64,000 nt of DNA from Monocercomonoides exilis PA203 (GCA_001643675.2 LSRY02000031.1:496001-560000); one strand, 5' to 3'. Shown: positions 45,481 to 58,450, counted from the first letter of the stretch. The notes: generated by a model from the sequence alone, not told the origin. Numbers and translations: made by a program.

Positions 45481-48400
45481 TTAATCTTGGTTTGCATCAT
45501 TTCCATTTTTTTCTTTTCTTCCCGTTGATACTTCCTCATTATCTTCTTCCTCCTCGTCGTCGTCGTTGTCTTCTCCTTCATCTTCTTCCTCCTCTTCATC
45601 TTCATCTGTTACAAAATCGATGGCATCAGACAATGTGAGCACAGCTGCCCCCTTCGGAAAATTTTGGATGCACACACGCTTCACCCAAACAAGACCCGGC
45701 CGCTCCACATCCTCCTGGCTCACCAATAGCTCAATTACCTCCTCTGCCTTATTTCCCAACACAACCTTGCTTATCGGCCTCTCCCCATTCACAATCTTCT
45801 GCCCTGCCGCCTCTGCCTCATATTCCCCAAACGGGATCTCCAGTGTCAGGCACTCCCACAACATCATCCCAATCGAGAATGCCACAGACTTTTCTGTAGC
45901 TTTCATCTTATTGTTAATCATCAGCTCTGGTGCCTTCCATCTCATGCATTCTTTTCTATCGTCATCCTCATCTTCGAACGCAGACGAAGGTGGAGGCGAG
46001 TCTTTTCCATTTCTGTTCTCCAATGAGCAATCAGATGAAGATGTTGTTAAGGTGGAGGACGATGAAATCGATGAGGAGTCAGAATCATCCAAAGAAGAAC
46101 AATCCGAGTGAAGAGCAATTGTGATTACCATATGTTCTGAGAAGAGCACAATATGAGGACTCAGATTAACAAGAGAAAAAAGCTCATCTGCTTCGTTTTC
46201 AAATGAATGGAGTGCCCCATTCGCCACCCAGAACAACACCTGTGCTGCTGTTTGCTCTCTTTCTTTCAACGAGCCAATCGCCATCTCCTTCTTCTCGTTC
46301 ATTCCATGCAGCAACATGAACAGCGAATCCCTCAGATCCACGATCAGCTTCTCATGAGGAGATGAGCAGGCCATTGCATCAACAAGATTCGACATCGAAG
46401 AGGTGGTTGGGCACATACTTTCTCTAGGAACAAATGTGGAATCTGTATCTGTGGATGAAGTGGATGAAGTGGATGAAATGGATGGTGATGGTGATCTCTT
46501 TCTTATCTCTTCATTAATATCATCTTCTTCCGCGTTCTCCAATGCCCAATCAGGGATCTTGCTCGAATCTCTTCCCAGAATGTATTCAGTTGATCCACTC
46601 TCACTCAACAAATGTTCTGATGACTCCGAATGTCCCAATCTTTTCTCATACACCCTCTTTTTTATCATTTCCTCGTTTTTCTTCTCGACCACTTTCTCTG
46701 CTCTTCTCCATTGCTCCTCAGGAGACGGTTCCATTGTAACCATCTCAATCAACTTTGGATCTTTTCTTACTGCGTCATTCACAATTATCTCCAATTCTTT
46801 TGTTCGATCCTTCGCCTTTCTCCATCTTACAATAAATATTATTGATACTATTAGAACAATCAGCAAAATTACAGCTAACAAAATGATCAAAATTAATAGC
46901 CATGATGGTTTTGTTCCATTTCCTCCTTTAACAATATTACCTTCATCAGATTGAGGTACTGTTCTGTTCTTCACAATCAATGATACAGTTGAAGATGGAA
47001 GATCAGTCTTTCCAAATACAATGCATGCAGATATCTCTGTTACATCTGAAGAGATAGAAATGATGTCTGTGTCAATTGAACAAATAGCAAGACTCTCATT
47101 GACAAACCCTTGAACAGAGAAGTCATACTTTTCAACTTTTATGTTTTGACCATTTGAAAATATTAACTTGCAAGAAAGATCACATGGCAAAAGTAATTTT
47201 CCATTAAAAGCAATTGATGTGACACCATCAGCTACTTTAACATCGATAGAAATCAAAGTTGGTATGAAGAATTCTGAATCACGAAGCAGTGGAATCCCCT
47301 TTAAATTGCATCCCTCATTCAAAATCCATAGAGATGTGTTCGGCATCAATCCATCGCCTCCTTTTAAATCAATCATATTCAATACGGCTGCATCTTTGCA
47401 GATGATATTTCTGCGTGCCGAAGGATAATTTTCATTTGATACTTTATTTAAGGTAAAATTTCCAGCTCTGATTTCCACATCCCCTTCAGCTACTGACATT
47501 CCTCCCACAGAAGAATTTGTAATAGTACAATCTTTTAATTCTGCAACACATTTTTCAAAGAAGACACAAGATCCGTTCCAGGTGCAAATATCTTCATTTC
47601 CTGAGTTCAACGAACTGGAAGAACTTTTCCCGTCATAAGCATCAAAAAGGCATGCATCCAATGAAATATTCGTTCCCTCAGAAAAATAGGCCAATCCTCC
47701 GAAGAGAGATGTATTTGAGCAGAAAGCGAACGAATTGTTTAAAAGATGAATGTTATTTCCCTTTTCACATTTTAAAATGCTATTGCTCTCTTTTGAATGT
47801 GAGACATTACAAAATGAGCTTGCATAAGAATATATCATTCCATTAATCTCGCTCCCTTCACCACTTACTGCGCTATTCTCATTTCCAAATTCAATAACAT
47901 TTCCATCATCAAGTTCCAAGTCGCTAATTACTAGCTCTTTCAAAGTCAAGTTTGTCATCCTGTCACAAATAATTAAGTTTGAGTCCATGTGAATTGCTAT
48001 CACAGACAAACGTGAGATCACAGCATTGCAAGATTTACACATAATCAACTGGTTTGAATGAATATTTTCGACTTGAATACCATTTAACTCAATTCTCGCT
48101 CCATTTTCACATGTTATAAGATTGTTTTTCAATTTAAGTCCATCAAGAATTATTTCACTCATTGCCAATACTCCCGCTTTAACAGTAAAGAGACTTCCAC
48201 TGATATAAGATTCTTCAATCTCTTCGCCTTCAAACGAGCATTTGACAACAGACAGTTTTCCTTTTAAAATTCCTATCAAAAACAAATGCTTCCAATAACT
48301 TTCATCTGGAAATATAAACTTGATGCTTTCGATTTCAACCTTCCCTTCCGTTTGTATAATTGAGTCTCTGGTCGAACTTTGTTGTATCTCCCTAAAAATT

Positions 48401-51400
48401 CTGACCATACAACTTTCTTCTTTTGGCTTCAATCTCACACTGTCAACCGTCATCTCATTCTCAATCGAAGATACTTCAACAATGAATAAAGTTGGAAGAA
48501 GTCCTTCACCTACATGTCGAACACCTTCATCGAGACTTCTGCACGGAGCATCCAAAGTTCCACAACGATTTCCATTTTCACCGGATATATTTGCGAATAC
48601 TTGTTCCCTTGAAAAAAATGTAATCAAATCCATGAGATCCACATCTGGTTCGTTTTCATTCATTCCAAAATCTCTTCCGTAGATTGCATTTCTCTTATCA
48701 AACACTAATGAAGATAAGTCAATTTTAAATAAAGCTTCTCCAACTTCTGATTGTAAATCTTTGCACTTGATGAATACGTCTCTTCCAACATATGCATCAT
48801 TATATCTGAATCGAACATTCTCAAACACAACAGGTAGAAATTTTTCTTTTTCACTTTTTGCTGTCTCATAAATGCCCTCAATATAAACTCCCCCTCCTCT
48901 TCCATTTGTCGTTGAGCAACTGCAACTAGTTAGAGATGTTCCATTAACTGAAAGCATCTTCATTCCTTGATATTTCGAAGATAATAAATAATATTTGATG
49001 CTGCCACCTTTTTCTGCTCGTTCATTTTTGCATTCGCTCAAAACGCAATCACTAATTATCACACTTGCTCCACAATTATTCAGAGAATTCAAAATAGAAC
49101 TTCCTTCTCCATCTCCCGTCAACTTTTTCATCGTACACCAAATCATCTCAATCTCACTTCCTCTTAATTCTGAATCAGATGCATATGAATTGTCATGAAA
49201 AGAACAAGAAAACGAATTTGAAAGTTTATTAAATCTTCGATTACTGAAAAATGAAATGCTTCTATCTTCAACCTCTACTAATGCTCCATTAAGAAGAAGA
49301 TTCTCAAATGAAGAATCAAAGATAATTCCATCTGATTCAATGTTTGAAATTATTATTGGTGATACAGTAAATTTTAAGTCTGAAATCGAAAACTTCTCCA
49401 TATAAAAACTCCCACTTTGAACTTTCATAACAGGAAACTCAATTCTTTCATTGTGGCCTTGATTCATTTTCAATGAACAACTCTTTAATGATGTGTTTCC
49501 TTCCATTGAAAAGATCAATGCTTTATATGGAGAAGAAAAAGAAGGGGGAACAATGAACGCAACAGATTCAAAAGATAATGCTTTGCAATTTGAGAGCACA
49601 GCTTCATTTTGAGGTGGTACTTCCAAAGATGGCGAAAGAGCCTCCAAAAATTCTATCTTTGCTTGAGATTCATTTGAAGATCTAACTGCACAATCGGATA
49701 TATCAATGCAACTTTTAACGATTGCAAGAGATTCGATCAAGATATTTCCCGAAGGAGTGGTATCACTCTGAGATGGTGCAAATGTAATGTGTTGTACTCC
49801 TATATTCAAAGAAAAGCATTTAATCTTCTCGTTTCCACATCTGTTCACATCTAATCCATCCACCCCATTAACAATAATGCTATTTGAGCGAAAACTTATT
49901 AAAAAGCTCATAAGATCAATACTTGCATTAACAAAATTACTTGAATCATCTCCAACAAATGCTTTTGAGTCTTCTTTCCATTCTTCCAATGAAATCTGAA
50001 AACGTTCTCTATTTACTGTCTCAGTCAGATCTTTGCAGAATAAATATAAATTGCTCCCAAGAAATGCGTTGTTTTCTGAAAATTCAATATCAACCAGCGA
50101 AAAATTATTATGCTCTTCTGAACACGTTAGAAAAATGGCTCCACCTTTTCCTTTTGTACCTGAGCACGAGCATCCACTCAGATTGCTGTTATTTTTTAGT
50201 GAGAAGCACCTGTTATTTATGAATTCAAGACCAATGCATCCTCCTTGATCACTGTTTTCGTTTGAACATCCTTCTATAATTACATTATCCAAGCAAATAT
50301 TAATACAATGAGCACTATAATCCAATGTTGACAACAATGCAGGGCTATCTGAATTGGAGGTTATTGATTGAAATGTGCTATTTATAACAGTAACAGAGGG
50401 AATAGAAGTAAATGTCGAAGACGTAGATGAAGACAAAGATGAAAATTTAAATAAACCGTCAGATGAAAAAGCAATATTGTTAACAGATAACTTTTCAACA
50501 TTGGCGCTTGTGACGACGTTGGAAAAAATAAATGCAGGAACCTCAAATGAAATTGACTGATCGTTATTTTCAAATAACACATTTAATATTTTCACAGATC
50601 CTTCTTCTGCCAAAATTAATGAGTGTTTAATTGATTCCGATGGCGAAACACATGAAAATGTACAAGTTGTAATGTTTAAATCTCCTTTTGAGCAAACTAA
50701 ACCTTCTAAATCATAGGAATTTTCATTTTGCAAATTGGAAATAAAAGAAATGGCCATATCCTTCAGAGATAAATTAATTCCATTTATTGCATAAATCTCT
50801 ATTCCTGATAAAACAGCATTAAATTCAATTCCGTTTGCTTCATCATCTTTGTGATTATCACTCCCACATATTTCACAGTCTGTTACATCAATTCCGCATT
50901 CCATTATTTGTATGCTCCCAGACAAAACGACATGGTTCAATGATTCATCGGCTGCTAAATGAGAAAGTCCGATTTCAAGAGTTAAGCATGGGGCACACTT
51001 AACGCCACACCATTTAACATCTCCAACTTCTGAATCTGAAGATATGAAAACTGTCTTTTTCTCGAATCCTTCCAAAAATATAAACAGATCAACATCTTCT
51101 CCTTGAAACATTCCATCCAAATCCTTTCCGAATAATGAGTTGTTTTTCTGTAGTATTTCGTGTGCAAATGCGAAGGATTCTTCATTCACATTTTCTGCAA
51201 GATTATGACACTCCAAATAAATATCTCGGCCAATCCATCCTTTGTTATCATTAAATGCAACAGAAGAAAAACAGAAGGAAGGCGTTATTGGAGAGTGAGA
51301 ATAATTCAAATAAATTCCTCCACCTTTTCCTCCATTTTCATTTGATGATACGCAGCATTCCGAAAATGTTGAATCGGTCACTTTCAGGTTTTCAAGTGAG

Positions 51401-53709
51401 CTTTGATACGAAGAAAAAGAAAAACAACCTCCAAATGTTGGCGAAGGTGTTTGAGATGTTGAATGCAAAATAGAACTGGAACAATTAAGAATTTCAATAG
51501 AAAATGAAGAAGATTCTTCAGAAGAAAATAAACATGGAAATCCTCCAGTGTTGATATTCACGTCATTAAACACAGACGAATTTATGATGTTTGGAGACGA
51601 AAGAGTTCCAAAGGAAAAAATGCTGCAATTGCTCATTTGAAGCGTAGAAATTGTCGTTTCATTGAGAAATAAAGAACCTGAAATAATTTCAAACAAAGCT
51701 TCCACAAAAGGCTGTTGTGCTTCTGATGCAAATAACAATGTTGTATTCAATGATAATTTTTCTCCAGATTCTTTAATTACAAATAGAGATGATGACATCA
51801 CATTTGATGAATAAAGGATGACTGACAGAAGAGAAGTACAAAGAGATCCAGAAATAACAGTAAACAGGGACGAAGATGAAGGCAACTTTTCTGTTGATAG
51901 CATCGTATTGTCAATTCCTTCTCCATAAATTATTCCTCCGTAATTTTCGATAATTATTGAATCTAATGGGCTAAAAGTTGACGCTTTTAAATGAATGTTG
52001 TCGACATAATATTCATTTGCAATTTTGACTGTGAATTCGACGGAATTGCAAGGCGCAGAATCACGAAATCCGCAAAAGCCTTCTAAATCATCGCTTCCTT
52101 CAGATGATGCATACAACATAGATAAAATCGGTAACCATCCGTTATACGCTTCATAAGCTGAACTTCCGCAATACGAAACTCGTTTCTGTTTTGTTGTCGA
52201 AAAGCATTCAAGAAAAGGTGATGTTTTCAGACCTCTACCATCTCTAAACATTACGTCGCTTCCTCTTCCCCCATAATCAATATTCAAATGGAAAAAACAA
52301 TACGATATAAAATTTTCATTGTTCATCCAATCTAACGCACGCTGGACAAATAATGCAGCACCACCATGCTGAAGATCATTTGTCCTTAAAGAATTTTCAA
52401 GGAAATAACACTCCTGGATCGAAATGGTTGCATAAGATGATACATCATGAAAAGTTATTGCTCCAGTAGCACTTCCTCCAGTGTTCCGAACAATAATATT
52501 CTTCTGAAAAAGTAATTTCCCGCTTGATAAATTAGTAAAGTCAAAACAAATAAAAGTCCCACGCGTCTGGAAAACAGAGCAATTCTCTCCTCTGCAGTTT
52601 GAAATATCTATCAAAGACTTTGCACTTGCTTTGCAGTATAGTCCTCCACCATAATAAGCTGAGCATAAAGTCAAGTTTGTTGAATTAACTGTTGCCCTTT
52701 CGACGCTATTCAACATAATTGCTCCTCCGTTTGCTGAATTTGAAATATTTTTAAAAGTGCATGAGCTTATGGTTATATGATCTGTAGAAGTCTGGCATAT
52801 CAGTGCCCCTCCATCAGATGATGATCTTTGATCATGCCATTCGCACCATTCAAACAAATGAGTCCCTCCTGCTGGTGCCACTCTTCCTGTTACGCCTCTA
52901 CGTTTTTCTTCAGTTCCGATATACTCTTGATTTGCATTTGATGAACGACTGCAGAAAGTGAAGGAATTATTAAATAGGCAGAATGAAGAATATGGATCAT
53001 TTATGGATTGTGAAATGCCTCCTTCTAATACGTCGTTTGTTGAAAAAAAATTGCTTGATGATATTTCAGTCAGACAAGGAAAAGTGGAACTTATTGAAGA
53101 TGAAAATTCATTAACTGAAGAAGAAATATTTGAAAATGTGGAAAGGATAATATTAATCGAAGAAAGAGACGTTGAAAATAAACAACCGGGATTTATGAAA
53201 TTTAAAGAAGAAAATGAAGACGAAATAATTGATAATGATCCAATTGATGGAGCAAAAGATGAACTGAATTCATGTGAAAATAATGGAGGAACTAAAAAAG
53301 AAAATCTAATTGGAACAAATGATAAATTAATCAATTCCACTGTTTTATCGCAATGGTGTATCAGAGAAAATGGATTTTGTGAAGAAAATATCACTTCACA
53401 AGAGACAATAGATAAATTACTTTGTGACATTTCTCTAAATGTTTCAGTGCTTTCCCCTTGCTCCAATTCGATTTTTGAAATGCACAAAGTTGAATTTATA
53501 AAATTGAACGACAATTTTGCTGAAGTTTTACTATTTGTTAATTTAAACTTCGTGAAGTCAATATCTTTGTTGTTTTTGAAGTTAAACTTTAGAGAATAAA
53601 ACGCACTCTTGGAAGTTTCTCTTGTTTCCGATTCAGAGTTAAAGTCATACGTATGATGGCTTTGACTCAACACTAGTATCGGAGTCAACAGTGTAATTAA
53701 AAACCGCAT
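45481..53709 (-). CDS. Giant type I membrane receptor (2742 aa), paralog of 12926..20713, with pseudokinase tail
   Basis: Signal peptide MRFLITLLTPILVLS; GGAL/GGAI beta-helix repeats; four CG..C modules; TM followed by RWRK; CMRWKAPEL..FSIGMMLWECLTLEIPF. Confidence 0.88.
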   Translation of the reverse strand: MRFLITLLTPILVLSQSHHTYDFNSESETRETSKSAFYSLKFNFKNNKDIDFTKFKLTNSKTSAKLSFNFINSTLCISKIELEQGESTETFREMSQSNLSIVSCEVIFSSQNPFSLIHHCDKTVELINLSFVPIRFSFLVPPLFSHEFSSSFAPSIGSLSIISSSFSSLNFINPGCLFSTSLSSINIILSTFSNISSSVNEFSSSISSTFPCLTEISSSNFFSTNDVLEGGISQSINDPYSSFCLFNNSFTFCSRSSNANQEYIGTEEKRRGVTGRVAPAGGTHLFEWCEWHDQRSSSDGGALICQTSTDHITISSCTFKNISNSANGGAIMLNSVERATVNSTNLTLCSAYYGGGLYCKASAKSLIDISNCRGENCSVFQTRGTFICFDFTNLSSGKLLFQKNIIVRNTGGSATGAITFHDVSSYATISIQECYFLENSLRTNDLQHGGAALFVQRALDWMNNENFISYCFFHLNIDYGGRGSDVMFRDGRGLKTSPFLECFSTTKQKRVSYCGSSAYEAYNGWLPILSMLYASSEGSDDLEGFCGFRDSAPCNSVEFTVKIANEYYVDNIHLKASTFSPLDSIIIENYGGIIYGEGIDNTMLSTEKLPSSSSLFTVISGSLCTSLLSVILYSSNVMSSSLFVIKESGEKLSLNTTLLFASEAQQPFVEALFEIISGSLFLNETTISTLQMSNCSIFSFGTLSSPNIINSSVFNDVNINTGGFPCLFSSEESSSFSIEILNCSSSILHSTSQTPSPTFGGCFSFSSYQSSLENLKVTDSTFSECCVSSNENGGKGGGIYLNYSHSPITPSFCFSSVAFNDNKGWIGRDIYLECHNLAENVNEESFAFAHEILQKNNSLFGKDLDGMFQGEDVDLFIFLEGFEKKTVFISSDSEVGDVKWCGVKCAPCLTLEIGLSHLAADESLNHVVLSGSIQIMECGIDVTDCEICGSDNHKDDEANGIEFNAVLSGIEIYAINGINLSLKDMAISFISNLQNENSYDLEGLVCSKGDLNITTCTFSCVSPSESIKHSLILAEEGSVKILNVLFENNDQSISFEVPAFIFSNVVTSANVEKLSVNNIAFSSDGLFKFSSLSSSTSSTFTSIPSVTVINSTFQSITSNSDSPALLSTLDYSAHCINICLDNVIIEGCSNENSDQGGCIGLEFINNRCFSLKNNSNLSGCSCSGTKGKGGAIFLTCSEEHNNFSLVDIEFSENNAFLGSNLYLFCKDLTETVNRERFQISLEEWKEDSKAFVGDDSSNFVNASIDLMSFLISFRSNSIIVNGVDGLDVNRCGNEKIKCFSLNIGVQHITFAPSQSDTTPSGNILIESLAIVKSCIDISDCAVRSSNESQAKIEFLEALSPSLEVPPQNEAVLSNCKALSFESVAFIVPPSFSSPYKALIFSMEGNTSLKSCSLKMNQGHNERIEFPVMKVQSGSFYMEKFSISDLKFTVSPIIISNIESDGIIFDSSFENLLLNGALVEVEDRSISFFSNRRFNKLSNSFSCSFHDNSYASDSELRGSEIEMIWCTMKKLTGDGEGSSILNSLNNCGASVIISDCVLSECKNERAEKGGSIKYYLLSSKYQGMKMLSVNGTSLTSCSCSTTNGRGGGVYIEGIYETAKSEKEKFLPVVFENVRFRYNDAYVGRDVFIKCKDLQSEVGEALFKIDLSSLVFDKRNAIYGRDFGMNENEPDVDLMDLITFFSREQVFANISGENGNRCGTLDAPCRSLDEGVRHVGEGLLPTLFIVEVSSIENEMTVDSVRLKPKEESCMVRIFREIQQSSTRDSIIQTEGKVEIESIKFIFPDESYWKHLFLIGILKGKLSVVKCSFEGEEIEESYISGSLFTVKAGVLAMSEIILDGLKLKNNLITCENGARIELNGIQVENIHSNQLIMCKSCNAVISRLSVIAIHMDSNLIICDRMTNLTLKELVISDLELDDGNVIEFGNENSAVSGEGSEINGMIYSYASSFCNVSHSKESNSILKCEKGNNIHLLNNSFAFCSNTSLFGGLAYFSEGTNISLDACLFDAYDGKSSSSSLNSGNEDICTWNGSCVFFEKCVAELKDCTITNSSVGGMSVAEGDVEIRAGNFTLNKVSNENYPSARRNIICKDAAVLNMIDLKGGDGLMPNTSLWILNEGCNLKGIPLLRDSEFFIPTLISIDVKVADGVTSIAFNGKLLLPCDLSCKLIFSNGQNIKVEKYDFSVQGFVNESLAICSIDTDIISISSDVTEISACIVFGKTDLPSSTVSLIVKNRTVPQSDEGNIVKGGNGTKPSWLLILIILLAVILLIVLIVSIIFIVRWRKAKDRTKELEIIVNDAVRKDPKLIEMVTMEPSPEEQWRRAEKVVEKKNEEMIKKRVYEKRLGHSESSEHLLSESGSTEYILGRDSSKIPDWALENAEEDDINEEIRKRSPSPSISSTSSTSSTDTDSTFVPRESMCPTTSSMSNLVDAMACSSPHEKLIVDLRDSLFMLLHGMNEKKEMAIGSLKEREQTAAQVLFWVANGALHSFENEADELFSLVNLSPHIVLFSEHMVITIALHSDCSSLDDSDSSSISSSSTLTTSSSDCSLENRNGKDSPPPSSAFEDEDDDRKECMRWKAPELMINNKMKATEKSVAFSIGMMLWECLTLEIPFGEYEAEAAGQKIVNGERPISKVVLGNKAEEVIELLVSQEDVERPGLVWVKRVCIQNFPKGAAVLTLSDAIDFVTDEDEEEEEDEGEDNDDDEEEEDNEEVSTGRKEKNGNDANQD

Positions 53710-54129
53710 AAATTGTGATGTTGCTGATTACACAAATTCGAAAAATGGAGAAAATCACTTAAAAATTCAATAAACAAGATCTGCTCGCATACATTCTCGT
53801 TTTATTCAACTATTTTTAGGAAAGAATAAAAAAGCAAAAACATAAAAAGTACCCATTACAAAAGTTGTTGATGTTTAAATTGTTTCTGTGTCAACAATTT
53901 CACCGATTTATCAGATAACAGAAATCAAATAAAAAAACACCAAATTGTATTATTTTAAATTACTGTGGAGCTATTTCGCAAAAAAAGGATAATATAACTT
54001 TTGGAGATGAATCTGAAAAACATATAAATGAAATAAAAAGAATTACAAAAGAAAATGAGATAAGACAATTCAAAAACAACTAATTATAAAAACATGGCAA
54101 TTTAAGAAAACAACAAATATCAGCTAAGA

Positions 54130-57100
54130 TCATTTCGGAGAATGAGAAGGCGTGCTGCGAGATGAACCTGTGCCTGTTGGCTCTTGTTCTCCATGAGGAG
54201 GTGAAGAAATTGAGTGATGATGCTGCAAAGAAAGTGTCTTTGCTGGAAAAGGCAGCTGGACGAGCTCAAACGCTGTGATTGAATTTGGAAGAGTCTTAAT
54301 TAGGAAGCGTGAAACCTCGTCCCTGATGTTCTGATCCTGTGTGCGGATGAAGCGCAGACATAAGGGGACAAAATCGGTTAAGTAAGTTTTTATCACATTA
54401 AATGGCAGTTTGTTTACATTAGCGAGAACATCAGCCACCATTGGCGAAGTGGCGGTGATGTCAGTCACACGCAGAATGTCCTTCGCATCGACCACAGCGC
54501 CGTTCGTCAGCACAGTCGGCAGCGGCTCATACCCTCTCCCGCTCACACTTGTTCTTGTCTGATGATGCCCTTCTGTGACTTTTGTGAAGGGCTCATTCTC
54601 ATCATGTCCTATTCCTTTGTTCATTCCTATGCTCGTTCCAATGTTCAGTCCAACACTTGCTCTGTTTCCCATCTTGTTGGATGGACGAGAAGAGTCGAAT
54701 GCTTTGTCACCGTCTGATTTCTGTGACATAGTCGCATTCAATGAAGGAGAAGAAGATGATGACGTTGTTGTTGTTGCTGTTGACTTTCCTGATAATGAGG
54801 GCAGAGGAGAATGCAGCGAAAGAGTATTCAAACCAGACGCAGCAGCAGAAGATGCAGATTGCTGTGAAGAAGAAGAAGATGTCAACGTTCCCCCTGCTCT
54901 TGTCTGCGGACTCACCGCCTTCACATCAGAAGGAGTGCGCGATGTCAAGGAAGAGAAAGGCAATGCTGCCAGTTCATCCAAACTAGACATCGCAGAAGTT
55001 CGGTTGTGATGGCGAATCCGTCTGCTCCTCCGCTTCTTCTCCTCTTCTGTCAGCCCAACATTGGCTTTCCCTTCTTCTCCTCTTTCATTTTCTCTTCCTC
55101 CTTCCTCACTTCTTCCGCTTTCCTTCTCCTCCACCCCGTCTTCTTCCTCACCCACTCCACCATTCTCCTTCTGCTGTTTCATTCTCGCCATCTGTGCAAT
55201 CCTCATCTCGTCATCCTCTGCAACAGCCTTGTCTGCCAACAGCCTCTCCAGCGAGTCAAACAGCGCAGACCCTGCCCTCTTCAGCGCTGCCTCCGAAGGC
55301 AGGGCATCTTCAATTGAGACATCCAGATAGAAGACAGCGAGTGTCTGGAAGGCCTCCTTGAAGAAGAGATCTTCCGCGTAGATGTGCGGAGTGACTGATA
55401 GGAAGGAGGCGAGGGTGGCGGGCGGGGGAGTGTCAGATGAAGAGGGAGAGGAAGAAGAAGAGGAAGATGATGATGAAGAGGAGGAAGACGATGAAGAAGA
55501 AGAAGTTGTTGTTGTTGTTGAAGAAGAACCAGAAGAAGAAGAAGAAGCAGAATTCAATGAAGCCTCCAGAATTGAGTCCACCACGCGTGTTTCAGTCAAC
55601 ACAGCCGATGACTGCAGGCGAGTTAGCATGCTCTTCATCAGCGACGATTTGACTGCCTTCCCTTTCAGTTGGGCGGCTGAGGGGGATGTACTCATTGGAA
55701 GAGGGCTGGTGGGTGAGCGAGACTGAGGAAGATACAATGGAGAGGGAGTGCGAGAAGAAGAAGAAGAAGAGGAAGAGGAAGAAAAAGAAGAAGAAAGAGA
55801 AGAAGAAGGCGGGGCGTCAACATAATCAAAAAGAGAAGGGCGCTGATATGCTTCAGGCAGTTCAGTTGCCTCCGACGAGCAAGGCGTCCATTTGAGGATG
55901 ACACGCACAAGAACAGAAAGATAAGTGCTCAGCGCTGCTTTCTCCAAATTGACAAGCGACGGCACATTATCACCAAACACCGCCACGTTCAGCAACACAC
56001 GCTGTGTCGTGTTTGTGTTGAAGGAGCGGGCGAAGGCGATGATGTGGTTGACTTCACTGAGGAGCGGGAAGATGAGCGAGGGGGGCATCATGCTGAAGTG
56101 CTTGCTGATCACCTCGCCTAGCACACGCACTAGAGACAGCTGCACAGAACACTTCCACTTCAGCTTCACAAGACCAGAGGGGGTGAAGGGGGCTGCGGGG
56201 ACGAGTTGGGAGAGGATGGAGGCAGCAGAAGATAAAGAGGAAGAAGAAGAAGATGAAGAGGATGAAGTAGAAAGAGAGGAAGAGGAGGAAGAGATGGTGC
56301 CGGAGGAACGGGGGACAACATCATCGCCAACAAGATCAAGTACATGGAACGCCTTCTTTTGAGGCAGAAGAGAGGAAGAAGAAGATGATGATGAAGATGA
56401 AGAAATAGAAGAAGCTGAAGGAGAGTAAGTTCCATAGGGAGAAAGCGAATCCAACTTTGCTTTTGTGATCTGGGGCAGCCTCACTACAGGCGGGGCATTG
56501 AGCGAATGAGTGGACGGATCACGCGTCATCCGTGTGCTTGTCTGCAGTGTGGCATAATGTGCTGTATTGAAGGAGGTGTTAAAAGAGCCATTGGAAGACA
56601 AAGTGGAGGCATTGGATGAAGCTAATGATGATTCTGGTGTTGGAGTGATCGATCTGTTCGGCCGGTGGGCATTGGCACGCAAAACAGGAGGTTTTGCAGT
56701 GGCTGAAGAGAACTTGTTGCTCAGCTGTGACTGGGTGGTCTGCTTCTTCTGATGAGGAGAACTGTTGAGAGAGGAAGCGTTGAGGGTGGGGGGAGGAGTT
56801 TGGGAGTCGAGAAGACGAGTTGAAGGGGAAGAGGTGGAGGCGACAGAGCCAGCAAACACGCTTGAGACAACTGCACTGAAGGGATTGGATGGATTTGATG
56901 AGGAGGAAGATGAAGATGATGAAGATGAAGAGGTTGTTGTTGAAGAAGAAGAAGCAGAAGAAGAAGAAATTGATGATGCTGAAGATGATCCATTTCCACC
57001 TCCATTTCCTTGCAATGACAGTATTGTTGGCGGTGTTGCTGCATTCACCACTGAAAGTGAGGCAGCAGAAGACGCAGTGAGCGAAGCCCCCGCCGTAGGT

Positions 57101-58416
57101 GCAGCAAACGACGCCACTGAAGACACAGCTGGCACCATTTTGGGGAACATCATCAGCTCGTTCGGTCTTGTTTCGATGAAGAGCCTATGAAAACTGTGTG
57201 TGACGTGCTCCCACTCAGCTGGGGTGAGGGAGACGCCTGAGTGTGTCAAGAACTCCTGCAGGACGGGGCAGCCAACTGCAGCCACTTCTTCAGCGGGAGA
57301 AAGAACAACAGCGACGATTGTGTCGAGGAGCTGGTCGAAGACGGAGGTTGGGTTGAGGGAGGAGATTATGGCTGAAAGAGAAGGGGAGGAAGAGGGGGAT
57401 GGGGAAGGTGTGGGGGAGGGGAAGGGAGATGGGAGGGGGCTGAGGGAAGGAGAGGAGGATTGAGATTGTTGAGGAGATTGGGATGGTTGGGATGATGGAT
57501 CTATTGAAGAGGGGAGAGAAGAAGAAGAAGAAGAAGTCGATGATGAGACTTTATTATCAAAACTTCCTTCTTTTTCTCCTTCCTTTTCATCTTTCTCCTC
57601 ATCCTCTTCTCTTTCTTCACTTCCTCTGAGCCCAACCGCATCTGTAGCCGAAGCTGACGCAGCCGTCACTACAAACGCCGATGAAGCTAGCGATGCTGAC
57701 AGATAGTCCTGAGTCTGCTGCGACAGAATCTGCTGCGATGCGCTGTTCATTGCTGCCACGCAGATGATCATTGCCCTCAGAGACAAGACGAGTGTTGTTC
57801 TCACCCAGTCAGACTCAGCTGCCTCTCGCTCTCTGTCTGTCAGCGCGGCTTTGCTCGAGCACAGGAGCTGCCCTGTGTTTGAACGGGAGACCAATTGGAA
57901 GCCTGAGGAAGGCGAGGCGCCGAGGGTGGCTGAGGGGGAAGTGGCTGGAGGAGTGACAAAAGGAGAGCGAGGGGAAGGGGATTCAGCAGCAGACAAAGAG
58001 ACAGAGGAAAAGGAGGCAGAAGAAGCTGCTCGTTTTTCCGGGGCGGCGGAGGAGGCGCGGGAGGAAGGGGTGTTCAAGACAGCTTCGAGTTGATGCTCTT
58101 TCAGAGCAGCGAAGGAAGTGGTGTGTGCAACGATGAGGAGCATCATGGGGGACAAAAGAGAAGAATGAAGAGTGTACCAGAAGCTGATGGGGAAGTGCTT
58201 GGAATAAGAGAGGATGATGAAGCAGAGGATGTCGAACCCTCTCTCTCGCACTTTGGAGCTGGTCACGTTCAGCAGAGAGCGCACAGCAGCGATGCAGCTG
58301 AGCCACAAGTGGTCGATGTGGAGGTCGTCGAAGACAGCCACATGAGGAAGAAGTTGGATGGCTCGTTTTTCGCGCGTGGTGAGGGTGGAGAAGGGGTGGG
58401 GGAGTGTGACTGCGGT

Positions 58417-58450
<34 letters not shown>

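Noticed and set aside
52958-53599. 213-aa antisense ORF rich in E/N/K
   Set aside because: Shadow frame of the Ser/Phe/Ile-rich receptor N-terminus; GTG start and no domain.
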